Positions 46,593 through 60,349 are shown, counted from the first letter of the whole stretch. The stretch: 63,575 nt of DNA, filler included, from Phoronis australis (GCA_002633005.1; 9 parts of 9 records of this genome joined end to end with filler, not necessarily neighbours in it), one strand, 5' to 3'. A program made the numbers and translations. Notes: generated by a model from the letters alone, not told the origin.

Positions 46593-49500
46593 GAATGATT
46601 CCATATAAAAACCATGTGAAAATGAAAAATCACTATATACTCAAAAATTCATACAGAGCTAATACTTTGTGCATGTGTTGGGATGCTGGCCCAAAGTACA
46701 CTGCAGCAATATTTGCACTCAATGACCTTTGGTTACCGAGATATGACCTATTTGGCTATAAAGGCATATTTTGCATTTTTTCATGTCAGTAATACTGCAT
46801 TTTTTGAACGTCAAAAAATCAGACTTAGAAAATTGGTGACAAAGTTTAACATTGATGGTCATAAAGACTCACGTAAGGTTAGTAAGAAAATGAAATTTGC
46901 AACTCATAGGTACAATTAAATTTCCAGCANNNNNNNNNNNNNNNNNNNNNNNNNNNNNNNNNNNNNNNNNNNNNNNNNNNNNNNNNNNNNNNNNNNNNNN
47001 NNNNNNNNNNNNNNNNNNNNNNNNNNNNNNNNNNNNNNNNNNNNNNNNNNNNNNNNNNNNNNNNNNNNNNNNNNNNNNNNNNNNNNNNNNNNNNNNNNNN
47101 NNNNNNNNNNNNNNNNNNNNNNNNNNNNNNNNNNNNNNNNNNNNNNNNNNNNNNNNNNNNNNNNNNNNNNNNNNNNNNNNNNNNNNNNNNNNNNNNNNNN
47201 NNNNNNNNNNNNNNNNNNNNNNNNNNNNNNNNNNNNNNNNNNNNNNNNNNNNNNNNNNNNNNNNNNNNNNNNNNNNNNNNNNNNNNNNNNNNNNNNNNNN
47301 NNNNNNNNNNNNNNNNNNNNNNNNNNNNNNNNNNNNNNNNNNNNNGTGCACTTAATATCTAGTCTTTTTCTTGCCATTTCCCAACAAAAGCTTGAAAGAG
47401 ATGCATTCTTTTCTCTTAGTAGATTTTGCACATAAACCTTCATTTTAACTGAAGCCATTCTGTACCTATGGATGATTTCCATACCTTTGAGAAGGGGAAA
47501 TTTCCCCCTCCTTAGAAATGTTTTGAAGGAGCTATTGACATAATAACCGTGTTGAGACAAACCATGTTTGAACTTGAGGGGTGTGATTGCGGTTTAGGTG
47601 TTAATAAGATATAATAAGGTAGTTCTTTAAACAAGCTGACCTACTTGAGTTACATAATTATTGTATTTCAGGTACATACTTACATCCATACTCTAGATGC
47701 CTGCAAGCAAGACTTTTTTCACTGTTTGCTGTTTAACGCTAGATGTGCTAAGGCAGGTGAAAGCTAGGGATCCACAAATAACGGAAGCTTTCCTACGGTC
47801 TGACAATGCCAATTGTTACCATTCAGCCGCCCTTCTGATTCATTTGTTCTACATGTCTGGTAACACTGACTACTCCATTCTGCGCTACGACTTCAGTGAA
47901 AGTCAGAAGGGAAAAGACATCTGCGACAGGAAAATCGCACCCTTGAAGTCCCATGCCAAGGCAACAACGTTCAAAATGCAGTCGACCCATGCGCTAGAGT
48001 GTAGAGGAGGTGTCAAAGGCTGTTAGGTGTCTGCCTGTAGTGTGAATGCCCCTAAGGTCCTTCCCAAGCACAGTATCCCAGGGATAACCTTGCTGACAAA
48101 CTTTGAGTATTCCTCAGATGGTATTCGAACATGGAAGGCCTATAGAGTAGGGGAGGGAAAACTTGTCATCAACAAGTCATGTAAACTGTTGCCTCTGAAA
48201 AGTCTTGACCTTGCAACACTCGAGTGTTTTACAAAGGGTGAGTCGGGGCTGGTATCCCGTGAACGTCATGCGAAGTTCACATGCACACACTATGGGTGCT
48301 CGAAATCTTGTCCTACAGATTCTGAGCTAAATGAGCACTTGGATGTTGGTGGTCATTCATCATCCCTCCAGAACGAGACTCAGTTCGACCACATTTCAAG
48401 ACAATCTACTACCACAGCTGTATCATCACCTGAGTTGTCTGCTGTTTACGTTGTTGATCAAGTCGTCGCAGGATTGGGCCCTTGAAAAGTACTAGTAAAG
48501 TGGTCCGCTTCTCTGAGAAGGTAAAGACTTAACCCAGTGATATATTTTCTGAAGGTGAACAGTCAGGCAGAAAACAAAAGCCAGCTGAGGCTGTAAAGAT
48601 GATGCGAGAAGCCAGGAATTAGCAAAGAAAAGTTTTTTTTATGAAGAGCGGCTGTCGGAGTAGCAGATTGCTGTATTTTTTCCCGTATGGTTGACGCATC
48701 TCAAATCGGAAATATTCAGAATATTGAAGATGCTGACGCTGCCTACGAGTTTGCCTCAAAGAATGAGTTGGAGCTTGAAGTCATGAATGAGTTATCATAA
48801 ACTGTAGGAAATTATGAACATGTTTTAGTTGTTGTCTATTCTTACGAGATTGTTGTGGTCATCATTATCGTAGCTAGGGGACTGGGGTCCACCCTGGGCG
48901 AAATTGGGGAAAAATGGAAGATGAAGCAAATTAGGGGCTTCCATGGGGGAGAGATTTGAGTGGTGGCCGTTTGGGGAAAATAATCCAAGCCACTGATGGT
49001 CAACAATGAAATCTTCTCTCTTTTTACTAGCGTTTTTTTTTTGTTTTATGTACAGTTTGAGACTCGTAAAGCATACTTTTTACATGATTGATTCTATTGA
49101 AACTACTGGGATTTTTAAAGGTGTGATTATTTATTTTTGAGAAACGTCTATCTAAGACAAATGAACTGAGCAAAATAAAAGGACTTTGTGTTTCAGTAGC
49201 TTTTGTTTTCTTCAAACAAAATGCAGTTTTTGAAAAGTTGTGTAGAAATGCATCATACACTAAACCTAACATACCTTCAAGAAACTGTGGTTTTGAATCC
49301 ACCGCATGAACGGAATTTACATATTGTGAAACTTTTAGCTGGTAAGTCGCAACAACACGCAATTGCTTAAATACTTGTTTGGAAAGCCAGAATATTGGAT
49401 ATCACTGAAAGTATAATGTTTTCAATCACAAATATCCGTACCTGTTACTTTTCTGAAATTGCAAATTCCACTGGCGTACTGCCACCATGCTGGGCCGCTT

Positions 49501-50642
49501 TTGTGTAGTACAAGAAGCATTGCGTGACACTTTGTATGTCCAATAACACCACACTTCTGCTCGTATCCACCGTCCTCTTTTCACGTGTGATTTCGAAGAT
49601 CTTCATTAGTTTTAGTATGAACTTTGCTAATAGTTTGAGAGGACTTTTTCATGCGCATATACAGGGATTTGTCTAGGAGGTCTGAAAATGGACCAGCATG
49701 CACTGCATGTGCAGGCAGTGCGTGGGATTCTTGGTCAGTTACGGTGTTTGAAAACTGGCCAAGCAATGGGTATTGGGCACCCTTAATAAGAATAAAACCT
49801 GCTTCTCTGAAGTATGAGATGGTGATGGGGTTGTATTATTAACTCATAAGTACATTAAAATTGACTTTTTTGATTTCTCTAATCCTATAACAAATTTTTA
49901 TTTTTGCACCAGCAAAACTGAAATTCCGCGAAGAAAAAATGTCTCATACAGCTTCCCATGATCTCCTTCGTCACTGATGTAGCAAAACGAATGATATTTG
50001 TTCTATTTGGCATCTTGGTCGATAAATAATTGCACAATCGAGCAGCGCCTCCTAGAGTATTTTAATCAAACTGACAGTCACAGATTGGCAGAAAAGTGTG
50101 TGAGTTATGTAAAAAAACTGACAGCACAGAAACTATGAAAGGGACAAGATTTTTTATTCTTGCGTTGGGCTGAACAAAGACATCAATAACAGATGGAAGT
50201 TAACTCATGTTCTAAAAGAATCCGATATATATTTGGGAGAGTGATCAAAATGCGTAAAATTGGCCTTAATAATAAGCAGTGAAAATGATATTTTTGTAGG
50301 CTAAAATGGGAGGACATTAAAAACCAATGAATCCATAAATCCAACCGAACTAGTTTTTCTTGTACGTTATTCTTTCTTCTTCCTGCTATATAGTTATTTT
50401 TTCTATAGCGTGAAGCGATGATGTGTTGTTGCTGACAAAAAGTCACCTACTTCCAAGTACTATTATTTGCTATTTTTCAGAAAAAGTACAAAGTGGTCGT
50501 AAAAAGGGTTAAAAAATTCGGAAACTCTTAAAAATTCAGGCTCAGTTTTTTTTTTGACAAGGCCAGCTGGTGTGCTAAGTTTCAAAAAAATTGGTGATTT
50601 AGCATATATACCTCACTATCTGGTTTTTATATGGAATTACTC
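46593..50642 (+). mobile_element. Sola3-like DNA transposon with decayed transposase
   Basis: TTAA on both flanks (46589-92, 50643-46). TIRs GAATGATTCCATATAAAAACCA / TGGTTTTTATATGGAATTACTC match 20/22. Transposase motifs RSDNANCYH, YDFSESQKGKDICDRK, GITLLTNFEY..GIRTWKAY.VGEG and a C2H2-like motif at 47672-48800. Confidence 0.85.
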
Positions 50643-52949
50643 TTAACTCTCCAGGAACAAAAATAAAGATCTCAAAACCAGAACTTTTACTTAAGCAAGA
50701 ATTAAAACAATCCAATAATTTGTGATTGTTTTCACACAGAAGACAAAAAAACAAATCAAGACCAAAATTCACCACGTCAAGAATGAAAATTTATCACATC
50801 ACCACCTATAATTTATCACGTGAGGACCAAAAATTCTTCACTTCAGGATCATAATAAAATACGACCGAGCTGAAAAGTTTATAAGTTGGGTTCAAAAACT
50901 TACCATGTCAGTAACTTTTCACGCCAGGACACCACGTTACCATCCCCAAGCATTGATCCTTCAAAGGGATGATAGAATCCGTACTACAAGGGCGCCGACG
51001 ACAGACATATTATGTTGGAAATGCCGTTCAATTACTTCCGTCTAATCCACGTTTAACAATTGATGCCAATGTATAGGTACATACTGGATTGTCATCATTG
51101 CATAATGGGTGATCACGTACTCTCCGAGCATGAAAACAATTTTCTCCTGGTGTGATAAGTTTTCTGACGCATTAAATCCTGGTTGCCAATTGTTTTTGAT
51201 TCTACAGAGATTTCAATTCGTGAATAGAAGATGTGTATTCTGGATTTTTCCGCTTCAGCTTTCCATTCAGCTAACTATAGTGCACAGCACAGTGTTTTTA
51301 ATATGCCGTGGCGGCTCCACTGCAACGAATCACTTCTGGTACGACCATCCTTAAAAAGCGTTCGTATTTTGCATAATTCTTCGGAGTAACAGTTTTCAAG
51401 AGCTATGTAATTTTTCTTTGGACAAGTTTCTGTTTGGTATTCGGTTTTATTTTCTTTCTCAGGTAGTCCTTCAGCTCATGCTCTGAAAGTTTTGAAAACG
51501 CAACGATACCTTTTCTGCCCGTGGGCTAAATTCATCAACTAAACATTTATGTTTGAAAATGCCGTCAGAAGTGGACGTTTTTAAAACACCGTGTTGACCA
51601 TATTCTTCAGTGTAGAAAAGCGAAATGAACAAATTTGTACACACTGTTCAAAGCACTTTTATGGACATACGGAAACGCCAATGTCTCTTTCTTACAAGGC
51701 TGCGTGTGCTTGACATTTCTGATAAAGCGTTCTCATGCTGGAATTTTTTTAAGACTGAGCACCGTTTCGAAAAATTGTATTTCATCTTAAAGCTGACCAC
51801 AGAAGAAGTATTCTGCGGTTGTAGGAGTGAAACGGAACCAAATCTCGAGTGGTGACTCATCAGAATGTGGACAACTCGGGGAGGGAGTGTGGCGATACAA
51901 GCATGATTTTTTTTATTTTCGCGCCAAACACGTAGTTGCCACTTGTCAGTCAGCGTCACTTACTACCTAGGGTGGCCAGATCATACGCTACAAATATCAC
52001 AAGACGCTTTGCTTCTCAAAAGTGCACCTTGACGTATTTTCTAACATTTTTTCGACATCGCAATCGCTTTACCAAAGATCCACGCACATGTGCCGCGTAG
52101 AGACAAATAACTCTTCACCACGTATTCACATCTTCCCGTTCACAATTGTTTTATTTTACATAATTTGTCAATATGTTGTTGACAGAAAGTGTTTATTTTT
52201 GGAACAACCTGAACGACCAACTGATAGGGGCCTACGAGTACATGTAACTAAGCCAGATTTTAACGTCACCGATACATGAAAACGGAATGCGCAGAGCTAC
52301 AATTGGCTGTTGTGTCAACAGTGGTCGTTCCGTGTTTGATGTCACAGTCTAAGTTAGTGGACATCGTAACCATACTATGATTTCGAAGTTAGAGCCATCG
52401 AAGTCCGTTTGTTTAGGGCATACTAGACCGTAAATTTCGCGTCTGTACTGCATGGGTCAACGTGAAAATAAAATCCCCGGAGTGAGAGCTCTTCGCGGTG
52501 TAACAACTCACTCACTATCCCATCATCATGGGTGTGTGATACGAGAACCGTGAATAAATTAAAAAAGCAAAAAGATGCAGTTTGGCGTTACATAAATAAA
52601 ATCTATTGTGGGTGAAGACTGTCAAAAATAGCTACGTTTACAAAATGACTACAGCGTTGTATTGACCGGGAAGCAGCCAATCCAATGCAACTTGTTAACG
52701 TCACGAGTCAAATTAAAGATCAAATGTAAAGAAAACTTTCAGGTTTTTTTAATCAAAAACTTCTTGCATTGTCCATAATCCAATGTTTACAACCGCTTGC
52801 CTTCAACCTTCGAATTAGTGGTGTTACACAACCGAAGTGAACTCATGTAACCGAGACAGAAAAACTAGGTTAATTCATTTGATGCTGTGCTAAGACGAAT
52901 ATGCATCGACACGCAAAGTGGTATCAGCTTCACAACCTATTGCGCAACT

Positions 52950-53061
52950 GCTACTCAGCTGGTCGGCTGATAGCCGGTCGGCTGAAGGGTCGGCTGGGGA
53001 GTCGCCTTATGAGTCGGCACTGCGGGCAGCGGTCTGACAAAAATTCGTAATGTGTGCTGTA
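52950..53061. mobile_element. Second terminus of the GTCGGC-repeat DNA element family
   Basis: GGTCGGCTG repeats and the same 22-nt end as 43287-43308. Confidence 0.55.
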
Positions 53062-53064
53062 GAT

Positions 53065-53830
53065 TGCATAAGACAAACACTGAAGAATAATGGGTATACC
53101 AATGCTTTTGTAGATTTCCATATTAAGCGATTTGTCTACAGAGTTAGCTATGAAGTCCCTGCACGTCGGACAAAAATGTCATGCCTAATAATTACCTCCA
53201 GGAGGAACACGCCATTAAGAAAATTATAAGGAATATTATTAAAGTTTGTAAGCCTGGTGATTACCTCGATGTTATCATTCATTATCGGAATAGGAAGTCT
53301 TCCAACTTGGTAATGAAAAATAACATTTCTAAAATGAAAGTCCGCCCTGTTGCGCAGCTTAGTATTGTTTTTGAGTTTGTATGCTCTATGAACGAATGTC
53401 TTCGTTCAAACGTAAAACAATGTTACATTGGACAAACGGTTTGCAGTCTTTCCCGTCGGTTATCCATGTATCTTCAAAATGGCGCCATCCAAGATCATTT
53501 TATGCAATGTCACGAACGTAAAATAACCCGTCAAGAAATTGTGGAAAACACGACAATTCGCTACGTGGAGCAAGATGTGCTGCGTTTGAAAGTATTAGAG
53601 TCCCTTTTAATTGCTTTTGAGAAGCCTGTTTTGAATGAGCAGCACGTTACACTTTTTTGCGTGACTTTCCTGTTACCATCCTTCATTAGTCATTCTTTGC
53701 AGTATTTCACACCCGCCGTGTCTTGTTGTTTGTGTCATCAGCTTATACTCTGTGGTGGCATTACTACGTCATTTTATTTTCACTTGAGAATGAAAGAAGT
53801 ATGTTTCGAAATATCGTGTGTCTTTTAATT
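53065..53830 (+). mobile_element. Penelope-like retroelement 3' remnant with GIY-YIG endonuclease
   Basis: RQTLKNNGY, NYLQEEHAIKKII, IVFEFVC..C..CYIGQT.CSLSRRL, LKVLESLLI..EKPVLNEQ, followed by a pLTR-like CACTTGAGAATG..TCGAAATATCGTG. Confidence 0.82.
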
Positions 53831-54305
53831 ATGTCGCTGTACTGTATCTATGCTCAGTTGAGAGTAGAGTTTCGTTCCAAAGTACGAAGGTAACGGAATA
53901 AAGACTGTGATCAATGCAGTGTCGTGCGTTAACAAATTCTGTACAACCGAAAACTTGCTCCCGAAGTATAGCCATATATCTATGTATGCATGTTCATGGA
54001 TGTATGTATTTAAGTATGTGTGTGTGTGTGTGTGTTAGAGAGCATGTGTATTCATGCGTGTATATATATATATGTATGTCTTACTTTTATTAATCTTTTA
54101 CTGTCTGTTTTTAATTATTTATGTTTATACTTTTATTTTTGTTAATCATCTTGTCTTACTTTTTATCTCCTCTTTAATATACTTTATTTTTCATTTTGTT
54201 TCATTGGTCTTTCCCTAATAATTCCTTATTATTTACTGATTATCTAAACATTGTCTTTCATTTTGTAATACTGTTAGCTTGTCTTACTGTCTGAATAATT
54301 TTACT

Positions 54306-54385
54306 GAGGGCCCCCATGGAAAGCACTGTGTACTGATGGGACTACCCTCATTGTCATAATTACATTGATAATTAATAAATAAATA
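54306..54385 (+). mobile_element. 3' tail of a CR1/L2-type LINE
   Basis: Stem-loop GAGGG.CCCCAT...ATGGG..CCCTC followed by (TAAA)n, preceded by a T-rich UTR and TG/TA microsatellites. Confidence 0.5.
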
Positions 54386-55421
54386 CCAGTTGAATACTCA
54401 AAATGGGGTACACCTTTGGTTGATTATAGTGAGTTGCTGATAGTTTCTATGGATTTATTTTATTATAATTGTCAACAAAACGAAAGCTTGACTTTTAAAT
54501 TGATATTTTTAAGGTTGAAAACAGTGATAAGTGATTCTAGGCACTATTTCTAGCGTAAGGATTGTACTTCCCAAAATCAGACCTGTGGCCATTGTCGATA
54601 AACTTTTAGTTACTTGTTATTTTTTATGTTATGCTTTTGTCTCTGCGTATATTCTTGGATTTAGCGTATTAAGTGATTTGTTATAGTTGGTGTCATTGCT
54701 GTAATTTTAGTTGAAAAAGTCTGTGCTGTTGAAACGTAGACTTTTGTTGTTGTCCTTCCTGGGTATGTAATCACATTTTCTTTGGTTGTATTTCATGATT
54801 TTGTAGTGATTTCTCTGTTTGTACATTCCACTTTGCTCCCTCAGTTATCGCATAATTGTCAGACTGAGAACGATGCAAATGTGAATCTATCATTAGCCTT
54901 ATATAGATTTCAATGCATTGTATGCATGGCACTTGATGAACTCATTTTTGAAATGTTTCTGGTTTTTAAGATTTTGATATTCCACTCATGTTCACTTATT
55001 TTAAGGAACTAGTGTATTGTAGGAAGTGCATTTTATTTTCTGCAATTAATCACTGTTAATGAAATGTTAATAGAACTCTAGTTTGTTAAATCTTGATGAG
55101 AATCATTAAAGTTGTTACTGTACTCCACTCTTGTTTCAGTGAAAATCGAAATTTTTGAATGCCTGCCAATTCCAAACTCTGACTGTGAAGTAAAGGTTAT
55201 AGCTACAGAAGGTTTTGCTGGGCTTGTTGTCAAGTCTGACGATGACGCCATTGCTGCGAGCTTCGTGTCCAAGTGTAAGTTTCACAAGCCATTATGCGCA
55301 ATGTTTTATTTGCAAACCCATACATTTATATAGTCCCAGTTATCATTATTGAAATCAAATCTGTCGAAAATAACTAAATATTATCACAATTACCATCAAC
55401 TTTAATCAGGAAGCTCTTATA

Positions 55422-55434
55422 AACACACACACAC

Positions 55435-55466
<32 letters not shown>

Positions 55467-55490
55467 CAACAAACAAACAAACAAACAAAC
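55422..55490. repeat. (CA)n + (CAAA)n compound microsatellite
   Basis: Read directly from the sequence. Confidence 0.95.
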
Positions 55491-55521
55491 ACGCACATGT
55501 ACATATACGTGAACATGTGTG

Positions 55522-57036
55522 TGTTATGACTCAGTCGCGTTGCTTAGATGGTGTAAATTGTTCGTGTGTCAGTGCAGTAGTCACGACGATGTTGTCTGAT
55601 AGGTTCAACCGCTTACTTAAATGTAACTGACCGCCATTGTGTCAAGAACCGGAAACTGTTTATTGTTGTGCTCCGATGAACAATACAATACGGACTTTTA
55701 AACATGCCCCTTACTTAAAACCTCTTTCAAATAAACCTCGAAAGTCTTAAGTTGTAAACAAACTGTATTGTACTGAAAGTCTTTCCACTACCCTAGTACA
55801 CTCAATAACGAATTAACTAACTATCTAACATTGAACTAGTGCGTCTCATAGTCTTCCAGTTTTTGGGTGGGTTAACCACTCTTCCCGCCCGCGCAACAAT
55901 TCGAAACCTTTCTGGGGATTCTAACGACGGTGACAGAGGTACCGGGGGACTGGTGTCCCTAGTTAGGTGCATATCCGACGGTACAGTTAACTCAGGAGTC
56001 GGGGCTTCGACAGGTTCGTGATACGGACGAAGGTCGTGTCTGTCGCGACGACGTAAGTCCTGACCACACTCAACAGAATAAGACCTGTTGGTCAGCTGCT
56101 TATGTACTTTCGCACCTTTCCATTGTGTGCGATGAGAGTTAAAGTCCCTAACTAGGACTGGTGTTCCTTCCTTAATGGGTTCAAGAGGCCTAGTGTTCTT
56201 GTTGTAAGACGTAGCTACTTGTTTTCTCCGCTTCTCTTTATCTACTCTGTTTCTTAGAGAACGGCCATCTATTTTCAACATTGACGGCAACGGTGTTCTC
56301 GTGGATCTGCTAAAACAACCGCTCTATAGGGCTCGTTGACAAGGTAGCTGTAGAAGTATTACAGTATTCTAGTAAGGCTATCTGGGGATCATTAGACCTC
56401 TTCAGTAATCTTTTCGCAATTTTGACCGCCGATTCTGCTTTTTCATTAGAGCAGTGGTGGTGCGGTGACGACGAAGTGTGATGAAAGCTACACGCTTTGC
56501 TGAACTCAACAAACTCTCTGGACGTGAACTGGGCTGCATTGTCACTTTGCAGGAAATGTGGAACTCCTAGACGCTCAAATACACGTTTCAACGTGTTCAC
56601 CGTGGTACTCGAAGTAGTATCTTCCAGCTTTTCTAACTCTACATAATCTGAATGATAGTCCACTATCACCAAGTAATCAACAACCGCATGTGGCATAAGA
56701 TCGACCCCAACTTTAAGCCATGGCTGATCCGGGATCGAGTGTTGGAGTAGCTGAGTACGTGTAGCTCATCTGCGGAGTGGTGTGGAGCATCTCTTTGACA
56801 CGAGTCACATTGTTCGATGATGCGATGTATGTCTTTAGTTATACCGGGCCAAAATATTGTTCGTCGAGCTCGCCGCAGTGTTGAAGCTAGCCCCTGATGG
56901 CTAGCGTGTAGCAGACTCAACATGTGATTTCGAAAAGATTTTGGAATCACCATTTTATTCCCTTGATCACCAAACCGTGATCTATAGCCAGTTTTAAACG
57001 AACTGACCAGAATGGTGCCAAGTCATCAGTGCATTG
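55522..57036 (-). mobile_element. Gypsy 3' remnant: frameshifted integrase (HHCC + DDE + C-terminal), PPT and probable 3' LTR (55522-55704)
   Basis: LHASHQG..RARRTIFWPGI..CDSCQ; YLVIVDYHS, SDNAAQFTSREF, SSPHH..SNEKAESAVK. AAGGGG-ca-TGT at ~55704-12. Interrupted at 57037 by a MITE terminus. Confidence 0.85.
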
Positions 57037-57510
57037 CATAGGCGGATTTAGGGAACCCAGGGGGCCGCCCCCCCCCCCTTGGCTGCCGCAAAAAAATAAA
57101 ACAGTGAGAGCGCAGGGAAATGTTAAGTTTATTAATTAACCCCGGTAATTAAAACTATACGGATGAAAAAAGATTTAAATGTGTGCAGTTTTAGTGTTGG
57201 GGAGGGGGGGGCTCAAATCCAATTTCAAGTGTCAAATTCGGAACACGCGCATTCGTAACGGAACTATCATGGCTAAGTATAGGCTCTCCACAATATCCCA
57301 GGCGACCGGCAGTGGCGCTGCGCACTACGACTCCGTTTCCGTCGTCTGATCCACTGTGCAATGAAGAAAATTTACTTCATTTTTTAAAGAAAATGGAACC
57401 TGAGTGTCAGACGATAGTCGTCTTTGTGGGTTTTTTTAAAAGGTAGCTATGCTTTGAAGTTGTGCGTAGATGGAGAGTGAATAATCAAATCCAGTAATTA
57501 ATTTATTATA

Positions 57511-58307
57511 TGATAACCCCTAATTAGACAAATGAAACCTATTGTTAATTAAGTAATCAACTACAAAGAGAAACTACGCTAGCACCCTCTTTAAAGATTA
57601 CTTTAATCAAACAACCAAACGATCAAATGTCTTATTTGCTATCTAAGATAGGACTCTCCACTTGTTGGATGTCTGTCCTGTTGGTGAATCTTCGAACTAC
57701 ACACACACTGTATAGCGACAGTGTACTTGCTGGTCACCGTCTCTGGTGATTCAACACTTGCAGGCAATTTCTTCTACCCGCGATTCTTCTTGCTGGTTAC
57801 AGTCTCTGGCTGATGACGCAAAACTTCAAGTAGTATCTTACTACCCACAATGCAAGTGACAAGCTCTTAGTTAACTTCCGGTTCGTTAACCCTTACCCTT
57901 GCCAAGATCCTTTCTAGAATCTTCCACGAGATGGCTCTGTCGTACAACTGCTTCTGTACACTGTAGCAAGTCTTTATGTTTCAACTACTTTAGCGCATCT
58001 AATTATCTTGCTGATTTCAGCCCATAATATAGCATTCTACTTATTTAGTGATTGGCTAATAAAAACCACATGATCATATCCACTCATATTATTGGCTGTT
58101 ACAATTTGTTCTCAGAATATTCTAGAATCTCTAGAGTACTTTGACCCCAGAACCCAAAGTTGTAAACACCATCTAAAAATAGATTTTGACGTTAAAATAC
58201 ATGTCAACAAGTCTGACCCCATGATTTAAAAGTACATATGCACAAATTTTGGGCAACTTAAAATGAATCTATTCTTACTAATTACTTAATCAATATTTAT
58301 TCTGACA
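57511..58307 (-). mobile_element. Probable 3' LTR of the Gypsy element whose RT lies at 58409-59334
   Basis: Minus-strand PPT GAGGAGGGG (~58313-58321), then TGT(GT)CAG. Putative end GGGGTTATCA at 57511. Boundaries are not confirmed by a second LTR. Confidence 0.55.
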
Positions 58308-58408
58308 CATAAGCCCCTCCTCAAGAAAATATTTCTTAAGATTTTCTCAGCATGGAAGACTTAAATATTGATTAACACTTAGATCTATTACCCAATTTCT
58401 ATGAATCG

Positions 58409-59334
58409 TCATGACTCTAACCGACTCAGGTAATCGGCACCAACATTCTCTGAGCCTTTGATAGCTTCAATCTTAAATCGATAATTTTGCAAAAACAAGG
58501 CCCACCTCATGATGCGTCCATTGACTAACTTACTTTTTTGAATGTAAGCCAGGGGTTGATGGTCAGTATGAATGATAAATTCTTTACCATACAAGTACTT
58601 CGCAAATTTTCTAATGGCAAATACAATAGCCAAACATAACCTCTCTATGACAGAGTAATTCCGTTCCCGAGGTAACAATTTCTTAATAGCACATGCTACT
58701 GGGAACCTGCCATCGTCATACTCCTGCAACAAAATACAGCCTATACCAGTATCTGACGCATCAGTCTGAACAATAAAAGGTTTACTGAAATCATGTAATC
58801 TCAGTATGGGTGCTCTCGTCAGCAGGTCTCTAAGAGTGTCGAATGCATGCTGCTGAGCTTCTTCCCATTGCACGGTGTTAGGCTGTTTCTTCTTTGTGAG
58901 CTCAGTAAGTGGGACGGCGATTTCAGCAAAGTTTGGGATGAACTTCCAGTAGTATCCAGCCAACCCAAGAAAAGAACGAACTTGTTTCTTCGTTCTGGGT
59001 CGTGGTGCATCTCGGATGCGTCCCAGCTTTTCTTCATCCATTGCCAGGTGCCCTTCACCGACCACATGTCCAACGAAATCGACGGAACGAGATCCAACCG
59101 AACACTTGGTGGGTCGAATCGTTAGTCCAGCCTCTCGCACACGTTGGAAGGTGTCTCGCAAGGTGGCAAGGTGTTCAGTCCAGGTCTTATTATGGCACAT
59201 AATGTCATCCACATAATGTTCTGTATTATGTGCTCCTGCCAACATCTTCCTCATCATGCGGTTGAAGGTCGCTGCCGAATTTACCAGACCAAATGGCATC
59301 TTTTTGAACTTGTAGCAACCACTTGGTACTACGA
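58409..59334 (-). mobile_element. Gypsy reverse transcriptase + RNase H (pol C-terminus), Gmr1-like
   Basis: MPFGLVNSAATFNRMM, YVDD, VRSFLGLAGYY, QTDASDTGIG, TDHQPL, NVGADYLSR*. The open frame runs into a gap. Confidence 0.92.
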
Positions 59335-59728
59335 ANNNNNNNNNNNNNNNNNNNNNNNNNNNNNNNNNNNNNNNNNNNNTTAATTAATTAANNNNNNNNN
59401 NNNNNNNNNNNNNNNNNNNNNNNNNNNNNNNNNNNTTTATGGAAAGCACAAACTCACCATTGTGAAAGGTTGCATGGAGCTTGTGTGGTTCATTTAGAAG
59501 GGTGAAGTTTGGAAAATACGTTTTTTATCAGAGCTCGAGTAATTATTGAGAAACACGATCTTGCATCTGTAGAAGCGAATGAATATTTTTATTGTGCTCC
59601 GAGATGTCAACTGTGAGATGAATGTTTTTAGGATTTTGTTGGACACTTACAACGTTAAGGAACATTTCTCCTTAATTTTCATTAAAATCCCATAAATGAA
59701 TCGTAAAGATGACTGTTTTGATTTTCAG

Positions 59729-59867
59729 GTGACTCTGACTTTGACAAGAGAGGGAACCAATGGACAAGCAGTTGTTTTCTGGGAGTTAAAGGGCTCAGGG
59801 CCCAACGCAGCATCAGTAACGGCCACAGATACACGCGCCTCTTCTGGGACAGTTCTTATGAACTCTG
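59729..59867 (+). CDS. ADGRV1: Calx-beta domain exon, ADGRV1 (VLGR1/GPR98)-like
   Basis: TTTTCAG acceptor and G|GTGAG donor; 139 nt, phase 0-1. Reads VTLTLTREGTNGQAVVFW..DT..SSGTV and splices in frame to 60350. Confidence 0.75.
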
Positions 59868-60349
59868 GTGAGGGACATAATATTGTGTCCGCTTTGGGTA
59901 CACTGAATTGGAAATGTCACATAGAGGCTCCACCACAATTTCAAAAAGACAAGCTGTCGCAATAGCTCTTAAAACAGCACGCCAGCGCTATCTTTTTTAT
60001 TTTGGCTGCGCCTATATGGAGCAGGCCCGGGCCTTTTTGGTGCCATGACTTTAAATTCGCCTGTTAGACATCATGTATTGATCATTAATGATTTGGGGTA
60101 ATGACTTAAGTCATTTAAAGCGTCATTAAACTCGTGCTTTCAAAAACCATGATTACAACCACTTGCCTTCCAGGTTTGTGTTGCATGTCTGACAACGGGT
60201 ACATGTTTATGGAAAATCTTGACATGATGTCAGTGATTTCTCAAATTTTTGGCTCTCCTCCGCTTTTTGGAAAAAAGTCTGGGGCTCTTTTAGATGCAAA
60301 ATAGTGTGTTGTTTCGTACAGCTGCAATCAGTTGTGTTGTTAATTACAG

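Noticed and set aside
46869-47560. Long ORFs in the track
   Set aside because: They span N gaps (poly-X).
50755-50940. Faint ~22-bp periodic repeat (ACCAAAATTCACCACGTCAAG-like)
   Set aside because: Too degenerate to delimit or assign; probably an old minisatellite or TE interior.
55817-59334. A single Gypsy element with RT-RH followed by integrase
   Set aside because: An LTR/PPT and a MITE end separate the two parts, each has its own PPT, and their decay levels differ.
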